This document shows, one piece after another, positions 17,775 to 20,502 of a stretch of 20,502 nucleotides of DNA. The number at the start of each line of letters is the position of its first letter. The stretch's first letter is position 1. Made by a program: the position numbers and the translations under genes. Source of the DNA: a bacterium (GTDB taxonomy: Bacteria > Arandabacterota > Arandabacteria > Arandabacterales > JALGWA01); contig JASFEA010000044.1 of the NCBI GenBank assembly GCA_050125095.1, forward strand, positions 1 through 20,502. Reading direction: 5' to 3'. Below the pieces are notes generated by a model. That model was not told where the DNA came from. It made no database searches and saw nothing but the letters and a program-made list of their open reading frames with translations.

Positions 17775-20502
17775 ATGGAGCAGCGCGAGTCTTTCGAGAC
17801 CATACTCACTACCAGACTTCACCCCCCTCCCATATCCTCCGATATCGTGGCCAGGCCGCGGCTTCTGAAGACGCTCATGGAGGGGCGCCGAAGGACGATG
17901 ACGCTCATATCGGCTCCTGCCGGGTACGGAAAGAGCGTGCTGGCGAGCCAGTGGCTGGCCGGGGAGAAATGCCCCGGCGCCTGGGTTTCCCTGGATGAGG
18001 ATGACGGCGATCCGCGTACGTTCCTCGCTTACGTTCTGGCGGCCATCCAGAATACATTCCCGGAGGCGGAGCTGAAGACCCAGCCCCTGCTCCAGGCTGC
18101 CGAGATGCCTCCTCCCAAGGTTCTTGCCCGCCACCTGCTGAACGACATGGAGCGGATCGGCGAAGAGTTCATTCTGGTACTGGATGACTACCATCACATC
18201 ACCGAGTCATCGATACACGATCTCATTGTCGAGATGTTGCGCCACCCGTCGCCTAATATGCACCTGGCTGTGCTCACCCGGCGCGACCCGCCTTTCCCGA
18301 TACATGCCTTGCGGGCCGGGGGCGAGATGACCGAGATCGGCGTCCAGCAGCTCCGCTTCACGCCGGCCGAGACACGGGAGTTTCTGGATAGGCTGGTCCG
18401 TATTGATATCGATGAGGATACGGCGGCTCTTCTCGAGGAGAGATTGGAGGGCTGGGCGTCGGGGTTGAGACTGGTAGCCATCACCATGGCGGAGACGGGT
18501 GAATATGACCGCATGATCGAGGTTATCAGGGATGGGTCACACTATTTACAGGAGTACCTGTTGCGGGAAGTGCTTTCCCATGTGTCACGCCCTATTTCCG
18601 ATTACCTCCGGTATACCTCGCTGCTTGACCGTTTCTGCGCGCCTCTCTGCGAGGCGGTACGGCCGACTCGTGAAGATCCGGGGGGGGACCCGGCTGCACT
18701 GAGCGGGCATGACTTCATCGAATGGCTGGAGCGGACCCATCTCTTCGTCATCCCTTTAGACTCCCGACACGAGTGGTTCCGCTATCACCATCTCTTTCAG
18801 CAGCTTCTCAAGAGGGAACTTGAGAAGGCATCGGAGCCCGGCGAGATTGAGGCTGCCCACTTGCGGGCGGGTGCCTGGTTTGCCGAAAACGGCCGCATAG
18901 AGGAAGGCATACGACATTTGCTGGCCGGGGGAGATGTCGACGCCGCGGCCGGGCTGGTTGAGAAGAACCGGATTGCAGTGATCAACACTGACAGCTGGCA
19001 GGTCTTCAGAAAATGGCTTTCGCTGTTTCCCGAGGAGGAAATCCAGAGGCGCATTGGGCTTCTTCTTGCCCGGCTCTGGTTGCACACGGAGTTGTATGAG
19101 GTTCAAGAGCTCCTGGGACTGCTTCGCTCTATTGAGCCGCTGACTTGTGATCTGCCTCCGGGGGATCCCTTGAGAGCTGAGGTTGACCATTTCCGGGGCT
19201 ATGTTGCCTATATCCTCAACGACGGTGCCGAGAGCCTCAAGCACCTAGAGGACGCGCGGCGAGCAATGCCCGATACGCATCACGAGATTAAGGGCCAGAC
19301 CGAAATGCTCTGGGGAATGGCGAGCCAGATGCAGGGGGAAAAAGACAAGGCGGTCGGTGAGCTTAGAGACATAATCCTGAAGGAGAACCCGCATCCGATA
19401 AGAGTCACGCGCCTGCTCGCCGGGCTCTCCTTTATGCACACCATCGCCGGCGAACTGGAGGAAGCAGCTGAGGTGAGTCGGGAGTTCGAGGAAATCTCAG
19501 CAAAGCACGGTTACGATTTTGCCAGGGCGTGGGCGGTGTACATGCGGGGCTGCACAAGCTTTTATCGAAACGAGCTTGGCTTTGCCATAGGCCACCTGAA
19601 CGAGTCGAGTGAACTCAGGCACATCTCGCATAACCGCGCTGCAGTTGACGGCATGGCCGGACTGGTTCTGGCCTATGAAGCCGCGGGCCATCCCGATAGA
19701 GCCGACCGTGCCCTCCGCGACCTCTCCGAGCATTCCGATGGCCTCCGGGATTCATCCTATTCAGTGATCGCCGCCTCCTGCGGCGCAAGGCTCTCCATCA
19801 TGCGCGGAGAGACCGAGGCCGCTCTGAGCTGTCTGCAGGGAGGGGCTCCTCCAGTTGAGAACATGGTATTCTGGATGGAGGTTCCCTGTCTCACCTACTG
19901 CCGCGCTCTTCTTTCCGAGGGCTCTGACTCGAGCCTGAAAGAAGCGGAGAAGAGGCTGGAGGAGTGTCTTAAACTCAACCAGGACAGTCACAACGTCTGC
20001 AATTCCATATGTGTCATGACGCTGCTCGCGATGGCGTATGACGGACTGGACCGGCTGGACGACGCGCTCGCCATGCTTGAGCGCGCAGTGATCGCGGCTG
20101 ACCCCGGGGGGATCGTCCGCCCGTTTGCCGAAATCGGCCCTCCCGTGATTGAGCTATTGAATATACTCATCGAGCAGGGTAAGTCCGTCGAGCCCGTCGA
20201 ACGCCTGCTTGCCTCGCTTGATAGGCCTCAGCCCGCGGTGCCGGAAGAGATTGCACACGCCGCCGTCCGCCGGTCGGGCACTGAGCAGAGCTCGGGATCG
20301 AAGCGGCAGGCCCCTCACGGCGAGCCGGTTCCCGAGCTGACCCGCCGAGAGCTTGAGATACTCAATCTCCTGGGGGAGGGACTCAGAAACCAGGAAATCG
20401 CGGACCGTCTGTTCATATCCACTGAGACCGTGAAGAGTCATGTCTACAATCTCTTCCAGAAGCTCGAGGTCAAGGGCCGGGTGCGCGCCGTCAAGCGGGC
20501 AA
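17775..20502 (+). CDS. MalT-like STAND ATPase with C-terminal LuxR HTH (3' end beyond window; missing from the ORF track because no stop is reached)
   Basis: MEQRESFETILTTRLHPP..., Walker A APAGYGKS, WVSLD, Walker B LVLDDYH, EGWASGL, FRYHHLF; LTRRELEILNLLGEGLRNQEIADRLFISTETVKSH is in the same frame. Confidence 0.92.
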   Translation, partial: MEQRESFETILTTRLHPPPISSDIVARPRLLKTLMEGRRRTMTLISAPAGYGKSVLASQWLAGEKCPGAWVSLDEDDGDPRTFLAYVLAAIQNTFPEAELKTQPLLQAAEMPPPKVLARHLLNDMERIGEEFILVLDDYHHITESSIHDLIVEMLRHPSPNMHLAVLTRRDPPFPIHALRAGGEMTEIGVQQLRFTPAETREFLDRLVRIDIDEDTAALLEERLEGWASGLRLVAITMAETGEYDRMIEVIRDGSHYLQEYLLREVLSHVSRPISDYLRYTSLLDRFCAPLCEAVRPTREDPGGDPAALSGHDFIEWLERTHLFVIPLDSRHEWFRYHHLFQQLLKRELEKASEPGEIEAAHLRAGAWFAENGRIEEGIRHLLAGGDVDAAAGLVEKNRIAVINTDSWQVFRKWLSLFPEEEIQRRIGLLLARLWLHTELYEVQELLGLLRSIEPLTCDLPPGDPLRAEVDHFRGYVAYILNDGAESLKHLEDARRAMPDTHHEIKGQTEMLWGMASQMQGEKDKAVGELRDIILKENPHPIRVTRLLAGLSFMHTIAGELEEAAEVSREFEEISAKHGYDFARAWAVYMRGCTSFYRNELGFAIGHLNESSELRHISHNRAAVDGMAGLVLAYEAAGHPDRADRALRDLSEHSDGLRDSSYSVIAASCGARLSIMRGETEAALSCLQGGAPPVENMVFWMEVPCLTYCRALLSEGSDSSLKEAEKRLEECLKLNQDSHNVCNSICVMTLLAMAYDGLDRLDDALAMLERAVIAADPGGIVRPFAEIGPPVIELLNILIEQGKSVEPVERLLASLDRPQPAVPEEIAHAAVRRSGTEQSSGSKRQAPHGEPVPELTRRELEILNLLGEGLRNQEIADRLFISTETVKSHVYNLFQKLEVKGRVRAVKRA

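Noticed and set aside
17772-20441. Series of short minus-strand ORFs
   Set aside because: All lie antisense to the continuous MalT-like frame.

Overview
GC-rich bacterial chromosomal window, probably from a poorly characterised lineage. From left to right it holds: the Lys/Ala-rich tail of a truncated gene; a nucleoside/deoxyribose catabolism operon (deoB-cdd-rpiB-deoC-pdp); a convergent class A PBP; a divergent intergenic region with a REP-like inverted-repeat element; tyrS; a complete rRNA operon (16S-tRNA-Ile-tRNA-Ala-23S-5S); an accessory block; and a MalT-like STAND/LuxR regulator cut off by the window end. The first stand-out is downstream of the intact 5S gene. Three more 5'-truncated 5S copies, all sharing an identical 30-bp core, recur as direct repeats and tightly bracket small gene cassettes (AbiEi/AbiEii, an orphan lipoprotein, an RHH/RelE toxin-antitoxin pair). 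No integrase is visible, so this looks like a cassette array built at the 5S rRNA 3' end. The second stand-out is that RpiB and DeoC both carry N-terminal helices resembling microcompartment encapsulation peptides (SPU-type), although no shell genes are in the window. All calls come from reading motifs by eye; no searches were run.
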